DNA of 64,000 nt from Bdellovibrionota bacterium (GCA_041740355.1 JBGSMD010000048.1:1-64000), one strand, 5' to 3'; counted from the first letter of the stretch, positions 29,001-39,045 are shown. Made by a program: numbers and translations. Notes: generated by a model from the sequence alone, not told the origin.

Positions 29001-32000
29001 TAATACTACTGAAGATGGATCTGCTGATGTAGGTACTGATTATACAAATTTTGATGGAACAACTGTAGATATTATTAATGGCGCCAGCTCTGCTACTGTT
29101 ACAGTTCCCGTCGATGATGATGCTTTGTTTGAGAATAACGAAACAGTTATTGCAACTCTTTCCAATGTTACAGATCCACGCGTAACAATTGCAACAGCCA
29201 ACGCTACAGGAACAATTATTGATAATGATAATCCAACTAATGGAATTCCAATAAACTTAAGTGTTACTCAAGATGGTAATGAAACTGGCCCTGTGTCGAT
29301 CATCTATACGGTTACATTAGGTACTGTAAACAATACTCATGCAGCTTTAGTTTATAATTTAAGAAGTACTGGTGGAAATGCCTCAGTTGGAACTGACTAT
29401 ACTGCACTAAATACAACAACATCGACAATCACAATTCCAGATGGTTCAAATGTTGGAACATTAACTGTTCCAGTTACAAATGATGCCTTATTTGAAAATA
29501 ATGAAACTGTTCAAGCAACCCTTACGAGACAAGCTGTCTTTGATCCCGCTGTCGCTATTGGAACTGGCGTGGCAACAGCAAATATTGTTGACAATGACAA
29601 TGGCGCAACGACTGTTAATGCCTCTTTAAGCACTGTTACTAATGGTACTGAAGCTGGAACTGCAATCCGCTACCGAGTAACTTTGGCCGTTGCTAACAAC
29701 ACGCACGCCCCAATTACTTTTGCAATTAACCCAACAAGTGGAACTGCTACTGCTGTTAGTGACTATACTTTTGGTACAACTACAATTACTGTCGCAGATG
29801 GCGCATCCACTGGGGACAAAACTGTTGCTACCGTAAATGATATACTTTTTGAAAATACAGAAACAGTTGTCTCTACAATTTCAACACCATCTGATCCAGC
29901 AATCAATATTGTAACTGCAAGTTCCAGTGCTAACATCACTGATAATGACTCGCCATCTGCTAGTATTGCAACAACAACTCAAGGGAATGAAACTGGTCCA
30001 GTGTCCATAGTTTATACTGTTAGTATTTCTAGGCAAAATGCTACAGGAGTTCCAATTACATTTAACGTAAATCCAACAGGTGGAAATGCTGATGCCACAG
30101 ATGACTATACAAATTTTGCCGCAACAGTTGCCTCAATTGCGGATGGAGCATCTTCGACAACAGTAACGGTTCCAGTTGTAGATGATTCCTTATTTGAAAA
30201 TACCGAAACAGTTCAAGCAACTATTTCTAGTCCAAGCAATGGTTCCGTGACCATTGGAACTGCTGCTGCGACTGCAAATATTACTGATAATGATAATCCT
30301 GTAAATGGAATCAATATTGATCTTGCAGTAACTCAGGATGGTAATGAAACAGGTCCAGTAAATATTATCTATACAGCTACATTAGCAACTGTAAATAATA
30401 CTCATCAACCACTTATATATAATCTTTTCCGCAGTGGTGGCAACGCATCTATGGGAACAGATTATACTAACTTAGATGCAACAACTACCACGATTTCAAT
30501 TCCTCATGGTTCAAATACTGGTACAAGAATAATTACCGTTGTAAATGATAGTCTGTTTGAAAATGATGAAACTGTTACCGCGACTATGAGTCGACAAGGT
30601 ACTTTTGATCCTGCAGTTCGCATTAATACAGCTTCTGATACAGCTGATATTATTGATAATGATAACGGAGCGGGAACAGTCGATGCAGTGTTAGATGTTC
30701 AGACTCAAGGTATTGAAGGAAGTGTCAACGTGGTATTCCGAGTAACTCTCGAGAATACAAATAACACCCATCTACCAATTAACTTTAATATAGATCCAAA
30801 TGGTGGAACAGCAATTACTGGTACTGATTATACTACTTTTGCTGGTGGAACAATTACAGTTGCCGATGGTTCTAACACTGGGACTTTAACAGTTACATTA
30901 ACTAACGATGCTCTATTTGAAAATCTAGAAACAATTATCGCCTTGATAACTAGTTCGATTGGTATTGACCCAGCTATTAACATATTAACTTCAGGTGCGA
31001 CTGCCAATATTACAGATAATGATACCACTACCGCAAATATTGCTGTTACAACTGATGGTGATGAAACTGGTCCGGTATCCGCTGTTTACACAATTAGTCT
31101 TACAAATGTTAACGGAACAGGAGTTCCAATTACAATTGATGTAAATCCAAATGGTGGAACAGCAACGGTAGCTGGGCTTGATTACACTGATTTTACTGGA
31201 AGCACAGTTAGTATTGCTGATGGTGCAAGTAGCACAACTCTCACTGTTCCAGTAGCAGACGATCTATTACTTGAAAATGATGAAACAATAATTGCTAGAA
31301 TCACTAATCCAAGTAATGGAGCTTTAACGATTGGAACTGCTAATGCTACAGCAGATTTAATTGATAATGATAATACGCCTGGAAGTGTCAATGCCGATCT
31401 AAGTGTAACCACAAATGGAGTAGAAGGTGGGGCGAATATAGTTTACCGAGTGGATATTGGTGCAACAAATAATACACATGCCCCAATAAGTTTTACAATT
31501 AACCCAACAGGAGGTGATGCCACAGCAGGTTCTGACTATACAACATTTGCCAGTGGTACAATATCAGTACCTGATGGAGCAAACTTTGGAACACTAACAG
31601 TCAACGTTACAGATGATGCACTTTTTGAGAACTTAGAAGAAGTTGAAGCAACAATTACTAGCCCTAGTGATCCAGTAATAGATATTAATACTGCAAGTGC
31701 AACAGCCAGCATCACTGATAATGATAATGGAATTACTGCTGTTGATGCCGACTTAAGTGTTACGACTCAAGGTGTCGAAGGAAGCATTAATATTGTTTAC
31801 ACAGTAACATTAGCTAATGCTAACAACACGGGAGTACCAATCACTTTTGCCTTTAATCCAACAGGTGGAACAGCAATTACCGGAACTGACTATACAGACT
31901 TTACTGGTGGAGTAATCTCAATTCCTAATGGATCAGCAACAGGCACATTCACCGTTGTTATTACAAATGATAATTTATTTGAAAATCTAGAAACAGTAAT

Positions 32001-35000
32001 TGGTACAATTAGTGCTGCGTCTGATCCAGCAATTAATATTGTTACAGCAACTGCCACCGCAGATATTACGAATGACGACACTACAACTGCGAGTATTGTT
32101 GCTACAACAGATGGGGATGAAGATGGGCCAATTTCAATTGTTTACACAGTAAGCATTTCGAACACTAACGGAACAGGTCAACCAATTACAATTGATGTTG
32201 ATCCAAATGGAGGTAACGCCACAGTTACCAGTGACTTTGCTGATTTTGCAGGAACAACAGTTACAATTCCAGATGGTTCAAGCTCTGATACAGTAACAGT
32301 TGTAGTTGTTGATGACGCAATCCTAGAACATTTAGAAACAGTAGAAGCTACAATCTCTAACTTAAGTGATGGAGATTTAAGCATTGCAACTGCAAGTGCC
32401 ACAGCTGATATCGTGGATAATGATGATGCCGTTGGTGCTGTCAATGCTGACTTAACTGTTACAACGCAAGGGGTAGAGGGTGGAACAAACATTGTTTATA
32501 CAGTCACTCTTGCTAATGTTAATGGAACTCATAGTCCGATCACCTTTGATATTAATCCATCAGGTGGAACTGCTATCGATGGAACAGATTACACGACATT
32601 TATTAATGGATTAGTTTCAATTGCTGATGGGGCAAGTACAGGCACATATACTGTATTTGTTACTAACGATACGCTATTTGAAAACTTAGAAACTCTGGAA
32701 TCTACAATTAGTAATGTTTCAGATACTTCCGTTAATATTAATACAGCAAGTGCTACTGCAAATATCACTGATAATGATAACGCGGTTGGAAGTATTGACG
32801 CTGACTTATCTGTAACTACTCAAGGTGTCGAAGGAAGTATTAATGTTGTTTACACAGTAACTCTAGGAACAGTAAATAATACAGGTGGACCAATTACATT
32901 TGCCTTTAATCCATCAGGTGGAACAGCAATTGCTGGGACTGATTATACAGACTTTACTGGAGGAGTAATTACAATTCTAGATGGTGAAAGCACAGGAACA
33001 TACACTGTAGTAATTACTGATGATAGTTTGTTTGAAGATTTGGAAACAATAATTGGTACAATTTCAGCGGCTTCCGATCCAGCGATAAATATAGCTACTG
33101 CTTCTGCCACAGCTGATATTAGTAACGATGACACAACTACTGCCAGCATCTCTGCCACAATAAATGGTAATGAAACCGGACCGATCTCAATTGTTTACAC
33201 TGTAACGTTAACAAATGAGAATGGAACAGGAACTGCAATTACCTTTGAAGTCAATCCGAATGGTGGAACCGCTATTGCCGGGATTGACTATACTGACTTT
33301 ACTGCTGGTAGTGTAAGTATTGCCGATGGTGATACAACGGGAACACTAACAGTTCCAGTTGTTGACGATAATATTCTAGAAAATCTAGAAACAGCGATTG
33401 CTGAAATTTCTAATCCAAGTAACGGAGCAATCACAATTGCTACAGCTAGTGATACTGCGGATATCCTTGATAATGATAACGTAGCTGGCACTGTAGATGC
33501 TGATTTATCTGTAACGACTCAAGGTGTCGAAGGTGGATTTAATATCGTTTACACAATAACTCTTGCAAATCCAAATGGAACTGGCGCTCCTCTTACCTTT
33601 AGTATCAATCCAACAGGTGGAACAGCAACTATTACTGATGACTTTACTGACTTTACTGGAGGAACAATTAGCGTTGCAGATGGTGCAAGTACTGGAACAT
33701 TCACGGTCTTTGTTGCCAACGATACATTATTTGAAAATTTAGAAACAGTTGAAGCTACTGTTAGTAGTCCATCAGATCCTGCTATTAATCTTAATACTCC
33801 AACAGCTACAGCTAATATTACAGATAATGATAACGTTGTCGGAAGTATTGATGCTGATCTAAGTGTCACAACGCAAGGTGTGGAAGGAAGTGTGAATGTT
33901 GTTTACACAGTAACATTAGGCACAGTTAATAATACTGGTGGACCAATTACTTTTGCATTTAACCCGACAGGTGGAACAGCAATAACTGGAACTGATTACA
34001 CTGACTTTACTAATGGTGTAATAACAATTCTGGATGGGGAAAGTACAGGGACCTATACAGTAGTAATTACTGATGATAGTTTGTTTGAAAATCTAGAAAC
34101 AATAATTGGTACAATCACTGCAGCTTCTGATGCAGCTATTAATATTGTAACTGCTAGTGCTACAGCAGATATTACAAATGACGACACTACTACTGCTAGT
34201 ATCGTTGCAACTACAAATGGTGATGAAGATGGACCAGTATCAATTGTTTATACAGTAAGCATTTCTAATCCTAACGGTACAGGTCAACCAATTACAATTG
34301 ATGTTGATCCAAGTGGAGGAAATGCTACAGCCGGTACTGATTATACTGATTTTGCCGGAGCTTCTGTCTCAATTGCCGACGGAGAAAGTTCCGATACGAT
34401 AACGTTAGTTGTTGATGATGATGCCATTCTAGAACATTTGGAAACGGTTGAAGCAACAATTTCTAACTTAAGCGATGGAGATTTAAGTATTGCGACTGCC
34501 AGTGCTACTGCTGATATTCTAGACAATGATGACGCTGCAGGTTCTGTTGATGCCGATTTATCTGTTACAACTCAAGGTGTTGAAGGTGGAACAAACATTC
34601 TTTACACAGTAACTCTTGCCAATGTTAACGGAACTCATACTCCAATTACATTTGATATTAATCCAACAGGTGGAACAGCAACTGATGGTTCTGATTATAC
34701 GACATTTAGTAATGGCCTAATTACAATTGCTGATGGTGCAAGCACTGGAACGTATACAGTATTTGTTACAGATGATTCACTGTTTGAAAATTTAGAGACA
34801 TTAGAATCTACTATTAGTAATGCTTCTGATGCATCAATTAATATTAATACAGCAAGTGCCACTGCCGATATTACCGATAATGATAATGGTGCTGGAACAA
34901 TTAATGCCAGTTTAGCAATTACAACTAATGGTAGTGAAAATAATCTGGGAAGTGTAACTGATATTGTAGTTACACTAACTTTAGCAACAATTAACAATAC

Positions 35001-38000
35001 TGGTGCTGATATTACTTTTGACTTGGATTTAAATAATGGCACAGCTACTGCTTGGCAAGATTTTAATGTTAGTGGTGCCGGTTTTGCTACTGTTGTAGTT
35101 CCAAATGGATCAAACACTGCAACTATTATAATCCCAGTGATTGAAGATTCTAATAACGAAGGAACTGAAGACCTAGATGTAGTGATTTTTAATCCATCCG
35201 ATACAGCGATCAATATAGTAACTGGCACAGTTACACCATTTATTGTTGATGATGAGGCTAATAATTGTGGATCTGGCACGCTTGATTTATTTGAACAATG
35301 TGATGACAGTAATACTGATAATGCTGATGGCTGTGACAGCTTCTGCCAAATTGAAACTGGATACACTTGTGAAGGCGAACCAAGCGTTTGTCATGAAACT
35401 TGTGGTAATGGTGTTATTACTGGAAGAGAAACTTGTGATGATGGTAATGAAGTAGATGGAGATGGATGTTCTGATATCTGTCGCATTGAAACAGGCTTTA
35501 GTTGTTTTGGTGATACAAGTCTTTGTGCCAGCGGTTGTGGTAATGGAACAGTTGCTGGGTTGGAAGAATGTGACGATGCCGATAATGTCGATGGCGATGG
35601 CTGCTCAGCAACATGTACACTAGAACCTGTTTGGTCATGTAGTGGCGCAGCACCAAGTATTTGTACTAATACTTGTGGAGATAGCACGCTTGATGCTGGT
35701 GAAGCTTGCGACGATGGTAATGTCACCGAAGGTGATGGCTGTACGGCAAGTTGTGTAATTGAAACTGCCTATAGTTGTACAGGGACTCCTAGTACTTGTA
35801 GCTCAACTTGTGGCGATGCTGAAATTGCTTCTGATGAACAGTGTGATGATGGCAATACCACAACTGGAGATGGTTGTGATGCTAGTTGTTCAATTGAATC
35901 TACATTTACATGTGTTGGTGTGCCTAGTATTTGTTTAGCAACATGCGGTAACAATATTATTACTGATGGCGAAGTTTGTGATGATGGAAATCTAGTTAAT
36001 GGTGATGGCTGTTCTAATACTTGTGAAATTGAAATTGGATCAAGTTGTGTAGGGGAACCAAGTGCTTGTACAGCTACTTGTGGTGATAACACAGTTGACG
36101 TTGGTGAAGCTTGTGATGATGGAGATAATACTAACTTTGATGGTTGTAGTGAAGTTTGCCAAATTGAAATTGGTTATGAGTGTAACGGTAATCCAAGTGG
36201 CTGCTTAGCAACTTGTGGTAACGGCACAATGGAAGGTGGCGAATCTTGTGATGATAAAAATTTCGTAAATGGTGATGGTTGTTCCGCAGCTTGCCGTGTT
36301 GAGGTTGGATTCTCTTGCTTAGGAGAACCTAGTACTTGTGATACAAGTTGTGGTGATGGAATTATTACAGGAACTGAAACATGCGATGATAGTAATGGCA
36401 TCGGAGGCGATGGTTGTTCCGCAACATGTCAGATTGAAGATACTTTTGCTTGTACTGGTGAGCCAAGTAGCTGTTTAGCAACATGTAGTAATGGAACAAT
36501 TGATGCCGGTGAAGCTTGTGATGACGGTAATGCGACTAATGGCGATGGTTGCTCGGCAATTTGTGAAGTTGAAACAGGAGAAAGTTGTTTAAATACATCA
36601 GGTGAGCCAAGTCTTTGCTATACAGCATGTGGTAATGGAACGATTGATGCCTTTGAACAATGTGATGATAGTAACAATACTAGTGATGATGGTTGTTCTG
36701 CAAGTTGCCTAATTGAGATCGGATATGTTTGTACTGGCACGCCAAGCGCATGTGTAGCAACTTGTGGAAATGGACATATTGCCTCACAAGAAGCTTGTGA
36801 TGATGCTAACCAAGTAAGTGGAGACGGTTGTAGCAATGTCTGTCTAAACGAAGTTAATGCGACACTTAGCTTTGACCAAAATGGCACAGAAGCTGGACCA
36901 GATGCCGTGGAATTCTTGGTCACGTTAGATACTGCAAATGCTACGGGCGCAAATCTCAATTTCTTGATTAAGGAAAATGGTGGAGTCGCTAGCACTGGGG
37001 TTGATTACACTGGATTTAATAATCAGATTGTAACTGTCGCCAGTGGAGCAACAACAGGAACATTATCTGTTCCGGTAATTGATGACCTATTATTTGAAAA
37101 CTCAGAAAGTGTTGATGTCCTGCTTAAAGATACTTCACACCCAGCAGTTCTAATTGGTACGGATACTGCTACTGGTGATATTATTGATAATGATAATGTG
37201 ATTACTGCCACTCTTGCTGGAATCACGAATGGTAATGAAACTGGCCCAGTTAATGCTGTCTTCCAAGTAACATTATCAGCAATTAATAATACTGGCTCGC
37301 CAATAACATTTGTTTTAAATCCAAATGGAGGTACGGCAACATTAGGTGATGATTATGCTGATTTCACTGGAACGATAGTAACAATTCCAATTGGAAGTGA
37401 TACTGCAACATTCACTGTGATCATTAATAATGATGCTTTCTTAGAAGCCACTACGGAAACATTAATTGCTGCATTATCGACTTCTAGTGATTCAAGTGTG
37501 ACAATTGGAACTAGTACGGCCTCAATTACTATCAGTGATGATGAAGCCTTGTTAGATGATGATTTTGATACAATTCCTAACTATGTGGAATGTCCAACAG
37601 GTATTCCATGCGTGAATACAGATGGCGATCCAAATCCAAACTATTTAGATACAGATTCTGATAATGATGGTATTCTTGATGATCATGAAACTGTTACTGA
37701 CACAGATGGTGACAATATTCCTAACTACATTGATGAAGATTCTGATAATGATGGTATTAAGGATGAAAACGAAAAGGAAACAGATTTTGATGGAGACTTA
37801 ATTCCAAATTATCTTGATTTAGATTCTGATGGCGATTCAATTCCTGATGCCGAAGAAGGTGATAGCGATCAAGATGGTGATGGACAGCCAAATTATCTAG
37901 ATCTTGATTCCGATAATGATGGAGTAACTGACACTCTAGAAAAAGGGAACACTAACGATGGTGATGGAATTCCTGATTATCTAGATATTGATGCTGATAA

Positions 38001-39045
38001 CGATGGTATTACTGACATTATTGAAGCTGGTGGTGTTGATACAGATCAAGACGGAACAGTTGATGGTTTTGTTGATGCTGACCAAGATGGATTGAGTGAT
38101 AATATTGCAATTACTTCATTAGCAATTCCTGATACCGATGGAGATGGATTACCTGATATGCTAGACATTGATGCTGATGGTGATGGAATTAATGATAATA
38201 TTGAAGGACAAGTTAGCATTGGCTACATAGATCCTTCTGGACTTGATGCTAACAGTAATGGATTAGATGATGCTTACGATGCACTAGTTGGAGGCTTTTA
38301 CATTATACCAGTAGATACTGATAGCGATGGCGATCCAGATTATCAAGATCTTGATTCCGATGGTGATGGATTAAGTGATTACATTGAAGCTTATGATTCT
38401 GATTATGACTTCATCGCCGATGTCCTACCACTTGGTGTTGATAGTGATAACGACGGGTTGGATGATGGATTTGATACCTTTGATCGATCACTTAGTACTA
38501 ATTGGGTAGCTAACCTTCGTGGTTCTAACATCATTTTAAATGATTTGAACTTCGATGGGACTCCTGACTTCCGTGAATTCTGTTCAGGTAGTGATTGTGG
38601 TGGCTGTGAAGAAATATCACCAACTAAGAAAGTTAAGAAGAAAGCTAAGAATGCCAATAATGCAGCAAGTATTCTGCATAACCGAACAATTAGTTTTTCT
38701 CAGCGTGCCGAAGCCTGTGGCTCTCCAGACCTAAGTAAGTCAAGAGTTAAATCTAAGGAGCTTTTAGCACAGTTTAGGGATTTAGTTAATGCGAGCTTCA
38801 AAGATACTAAGCTAGATTGTGCACAGAATGATTGCCTAAATCAATCAAGTAAATCTGTAACTAATAAGCTAAATAGAATTGCTACGCGTTTATTTAAAAT
38901 CGCTAAGAAATCTAAGCTGGAATACATTGATTATTGCAAACCTGTTCACGATCCTAATGACACTCGGAAGAGATCGGAAGATTACTTGGATGATTTAAAT
39001 GCGGCAATTAAAGCATTGCCAAAAAGTCATTTGGTTTGTGATTAA
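23098..39045 (+). CDS. Giant 5315-aa surface protein/adhesin: about 35 Calx-beta-like domains, 12 Myxococcus-type Cys-rich repeats, Asp-rich TSP3-like repeats, basic C-terminal domain
   Basis: Signal-like segment ending VFAQ; GGTAT.G.DY...DD.LFEN.ET repeats; CGNG...E.CDDGN...GDGCS..C repeats; D.DGDG.PNYLD.DSD repeats. Confidence 0.9.
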   Translation: MQITPCNSRVNSSGPDSNLKSPFSSLKLAYHFGLFLLLSIPQLVFAQPYDATLSATPGAEGGSNVIFTVTLDAINSSGFPITFELNPNGGTASAGDFTDFTAETISIPNGSDTGTFNVVLNDDALFENTETLGGIISNPSDGTVTIVGASTVTNITDNDNGAGTVTANLSVTDGTEGSTDVIFTATLSKTNNTGSPITLSINPNGLGTAVSGTDYPDFTGGIITIADGSATGTYQVTPALDGEFENVEDFGAIISAPSDPAVVVGTATATGNINDGDTANLVLSVTTQGNEAGPVSIVYTATLSSINSKSVPITVQINPDGGTATASSDYSNFSGRIITILPGSNSGTVNVSVADDNFFESTETVTGTLSAVSDPGVTITGPSATANITDNDNTAASVNSLLTLSGLGSEAGATTMTLTVSLSKKNFTGSPIVFDLSQTAGTATDGADYTDLTGATISVANGSDIGTFSFSVVDDALFENDETFTISLSNPSNPAINLFSPNASGVIVDNDNVTATTNAVLSVNNGTEGGSDLIFNVTLSQTNNTGVPITFEIYRNGGSATVTTDYSDYAGLISVPNGSNVGTLNVTIVDDAFFENSETVAAGIYNPSDPAIQITVPKVTGNIIDNDNVTIGADLTAEVNGNEAGRVSIVYRVTLTNANNTGSDIFFDIDPIGGTATPGIDYVDFTGRTIRVGSGSSIGEISVEVTDDSLIENDQTAEAVITNSSDPAVTIGTANATASIIDNDNSIGSITADLVRLVDGHESGLINIIYQVELSEVNYTDSAITFNIDPIGGTGTAGVDYVDFTGAQIVVPSGSRFGQFTVAVLNDPDLTSDTVVAQISSPSDTSINLGTDTATATINDDDAPTGTYNASIRDAVIQGNETGVVNVSFVVELSEPNTTGSAITFDINPLVGGTATLTSDYTNFTGQTVSIPNGASQATFNVTVVNDTLYESTESLFAEISNPSSGAVTIIDSDAVGYIYDNDQIHSAVITGTVNGAEAGLVAMEYTITIPVINNTQNPIQFNIASAGGRASSGVDYDSLVSSTISIPVGANSVSFTVDVLDDLLFENTENAIISMLNPSDPGIYLNFGNTRGSASIIDNDNIGVNAVLDVLQDGSEAGPTSMIYRVTLSEPNNTGGTIFFDIDPIGGSALPGDAVENNDYIDFTGSRIGVPSGSSTGTFSVSISNDTRFENIETIETEISNPSDPAAVSIITAVATGNINDNDNAPADVTASISTFGIGNEDGPTSVTFLVTLSNINFTDQDVTFDINPTGGTATVGSDYVDFSAIQVAIPYGQDRALYTITVLDDALFENTETIEATLSNPSDPAIDITTATATGLLLDNDNVTNTINANLSVTTQGEENLTNIVYTVTLDEVNDTPFPIDFTLYVDGGTAVAGTDYTNFNGVTISVPVGSNQGTYTVNVTNDLLFENLETAIAELANPSDAAIVIGTAIATANITDDDVTVANIAVTTNGDEDGPVDLVYTISISNTNGTGSDIEIDVDPDGGTATIGSDYTTFAGSTVIIPDGSSSVTLTVPVLDDSLFENTETVGAEISNLSHPSLSLATATATGDILDDENGVGAVNAVLSTITNGTESGTQIRYRVTLATINNTGSPITFDIDPTAGTAIANTDYTTFAGATITVANGASTGDLLVTVTDDTLFENTETATATITNASDPAINISTGSATANIIDNDNTASSISAVLTTTQNGNETGPVDISLLLTIGKINNTGAPIVFTITPSGEAVSGSDYTGLTTISIPDGSDTGTLILTVVDDLLFENEEDATFTVTAATDPAITTGSNTTPTITDNDNTATSITANLSKTTDGLEGTTNIVFTVTLDKVNNTHAPILIDIDPTGGTAIAGTDYTNFAGAQISIPDGSSSGTYTVIVTNDALFENTETVQATITNPYDPAVTLGTTLATADIVDSSPQATITATTSGNETGPVSIVYSVNLGKTNDTGATITFDVDRNTTEDGSADVGTDYTNFDGTTVDIINGASSATVTVPVDDDALFENNETVIATLSNVTDPRVTIATANATGTIIDNDNPTNGIPINLSVTQDGNETGPVSIIYTVTLGTVNNTHAALVYNLRSTGGNASVGTDYTALNTTTSTITIPDGSNVGTLTVPVTNDALFENNETVQATLTRQAVFDPAVAIGTGVATANIVDNDNGATTVNASLSTVTNGTEAGTAIRYRVTLAVANNTHAPITFAINPTSGTATAVSDYTFGTTTITVADGASTGDKTVATVNDILFENTETVVSTISTPSDPAINIVTASSSANITDNDSPSASIATTTQGNETGPVSIVYTVSISRQNATGVPITFNVNPTGGNADATDDYTNFAATVASIADGASSTTVTVPVVDDSLFENTETVQATISSPSNGSVTIGTAAATANITDNDNPVNGINIDLAVTQDGNETGPVNIIYTATLATVNNTHQPLIYNLFRSGGNASMGTDYTNLDATTTTISIPHGSNTGTRIITVVNDSLFENDETVTATMSRQGTFDPAVRINTASDTADIIDNDNGAGTVDAVLDVQTQGIEGSVNVVFRVTLENTNNTHLPINFNIDPNGGTAITGTDYTTFAGGTITVADGSNTGTLTVTLTNDALFENLETIIALITSSIGIDPAINILTSGATANITDNDTTTANIAVTTDGDETGPVSAVYTISLTNVNGTGVPITIDVNPNGGTATVAGLDYTDFTGSTVSIADGASSTTLTVPVADDLLLENDETIIARITNPSNGALTIGTANATADLIDNDNTPGSVNADLSVTTNGVEGGANIVYRVDIGATNNTHAPISFTINPTGGDATAGSDYTTFASGTISVPDGANFGTLTVNVTDDALFENLEEVEATITSPSDPVIDINTASATASITDNDNGITAVDADLSVTTQGVEGSINIVYTVTLANANNTGVPITFAFNPTGGTAITGTDYTDFTGGVISIPNGSATGTFTVVITNDNLFENLETVIGTISAASDPAINIVTATATADITNDDTTTASIVATTDGDEDGPISIVYTVSISNTNGTGQPITIDVDPNGGNATVTSDFADFAGTTVTIPDGSSSDTVTVVVVDDAILEHLETVEATISNLSDGDLSIATASATADIVDNDDAVGAVNADLTVTTQGVEGGTNIVYTVTLANVNGTHSPITFDINPSGGTAIDGTDYTTFINGLVSIADGASTGTYTVFVTNDTLFENLETLESTISNVSDTSVNINTASATANITDNDNAVGSIDADLSVTTQGVEGSINVVYTVTLGTVNNTGGPITFAFNPSGGTAIAGTDYTDFTGGVITILDGESTGTYTVVITDDSLFEDLETIIGTISAASDPAINIATASATADISNDDTTTASISATINGNETGPISIVYTVTLTNENGTGTAITFEVNPNGGTAIAGIDYTDFTAGSVSIADGDTTGTLTVPVVDDNILENLETAIAEISNPSNGAITIATASDTADILDNDNVAGTVDADLSVTTQGVEGGFNIVYTITLANPNGTGAPLTFSINPTGGTATITDDFTDFTGGTISVADGASTGTFTVFVANDTLFENLETVEATVSSPSDPAINLNTPTATANITDNDNVVGSIDADLSVTTQGVEGSVNVVYTVTLGTVNNTGGPITFAFNPTGGTAITGTDYTDFTNGVITILDGESTGTYTVVITDDSLFENLETIIGTITAASDAAINIVTASATADITNDDTTTASIVATTNGDEDGPVSIVYTVSISNPNGTGQPITIDVDPSGGNATAGTDYTDFAGASVSIADGESSDTITLVVDDDAILEHLETVEATISNLSDGDLSIATASATADILDNDDAAGSVDADLSVTTQGVEGGTNILYTVTLANVNGTHTPITFDINPTGGTATDGSDYTTFSNGLITIADGASTGTYTVFVTDDSLFENLETLESTISNASDASININTASATADITDNDNGAGTINASLAITTNGSENNLGSVTDIVVTLTLATINNTGADITFDLDLNNGTATAWQDFNVSGAGFATVVVPNGSNTATIIIPVIEDSNNEGTEDLDVVIFNPSDTAINIVTGTVTPFIVDDEANNCGSGTLDLFEQCDDSNTDNADGCDSFCQIETGYTCEGEPSVCHETCGNGVITGRETCDDGNEVDGDGCSDICRIETGFSCFGDTSLCASGCGNGTVAGLEECDDADNVDGDGCSATCTLEPVWSCSGAAPSICTNTCGDSTLDAGEACDDGNVTEGDGCTASCVIETAYSCTGTPSTCSSTCGDAEIASDEQCDDGNTTTGDGCDASCSIESTFTCVGVPSICLATCGNNIITDGEVCDDGNLVNGDGCSNTCEIEIGSSCVGEPSACTATCGDNTVDVGEACDDGDNTNFDGCSEVCQIEIGYECNGNPSGCLATCGNGTMEGGESCDDKNFVNGDGCSAACRVEVGFSCLGEPSTCDTSCGDGIITGTETCDDSNGIGGDGCSATCQIEDTFACTGEPSSCLATCSNGTIDAGEACDDGNATNGDGCSAICEVETGESCLNTSGEPSLCYTACGNGTIDAFEQCDDSNNTSDDGCSASCLIEIGYVCTGTPSACVATCGNGHIASQEACDDANQVSGDGCSNVCLNEVNATLSFDQNGTEAGPDAVEFLVTLDTANATGANLNFLIKENGGVASTGVDYTGFNNQIVTVASGATTGTLSVPVIDDLLFENSESVDVLLKDTSHPAVLIGTDTATGDIIDNDNVITATLAGITNGNETGPVNAVFQVTLSAINNTGSPITFVLNPNGGTATLGDDYADFTGTIVTIPIGSDTATFTVIINNDAFLEATTETLIAALSTSSDSSVTIGTSTASITISDDEALLDDDFDTIPNYVECPTGIPCVNTDGDPNPNYLDTDSDNDGILDDHETVTDTDGDNIPNYIDEDSDNDGIKDENEKETDFDGDLIPNYLDLDSDGDSIPDAEEGDSDQDGDGQPNYLDLDSDNDGVTDTLEKGNTNDGDGIPDYLDIDADNDGITDIIEAGGVDTDQDGTVDGFVDADQDGLSDNIAITSLAIPDTDGDGLPDMLDIDADGDGINDNIEGQVSIGYIDPSGLDANSNGLDDAYDALVGGFYIIPVDTDSDGDPDYQDLDSDGDGLSDYIEAYDSDYDFIADVLPLGVDSDNDGLDDGFDTFDRSLSTNWVANLRGSNIILNDLNFDGTPDFREFCSGSDCGGCEEISPTKKVKKKAKNANNAASILHNRTISFSQRAEACGSPDLSKSRVKSKELLAQFRDLVNASFKDTKLDCAQNDCLNQSSKSVTNKLNRIATRLFKIAKKSKLEYIDYCKPVHDPNDTRKRSEDYLDDLNAAIKALPKSHLVCD
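31015..34900 (+). repeat. Higher-order repeat of about 1053 bp (three Calx-beta domains per unit)
   Basis: (N/D)DTTT anchors at about 31015, 32071, 33124 and 34177. Confidence 0.75.
35266..36850 (+). repeat. Twelve ~45-aa Myxococcus cysteine-rich (DUF4215-like) repeats, the last partial
   Basis: CG(N/D)...E.CDD.N....DGC...C.IE.G..C.G.PS.C units. Confidence 0.9.

Noticed and set aside
23241-38657. Many 60-220-aa ORFs, mostly minus-strand, inside the giant gene
   Set aside because: Shadow frames produced by the repetitive Thr/Asp/Gly-rich codon pattern
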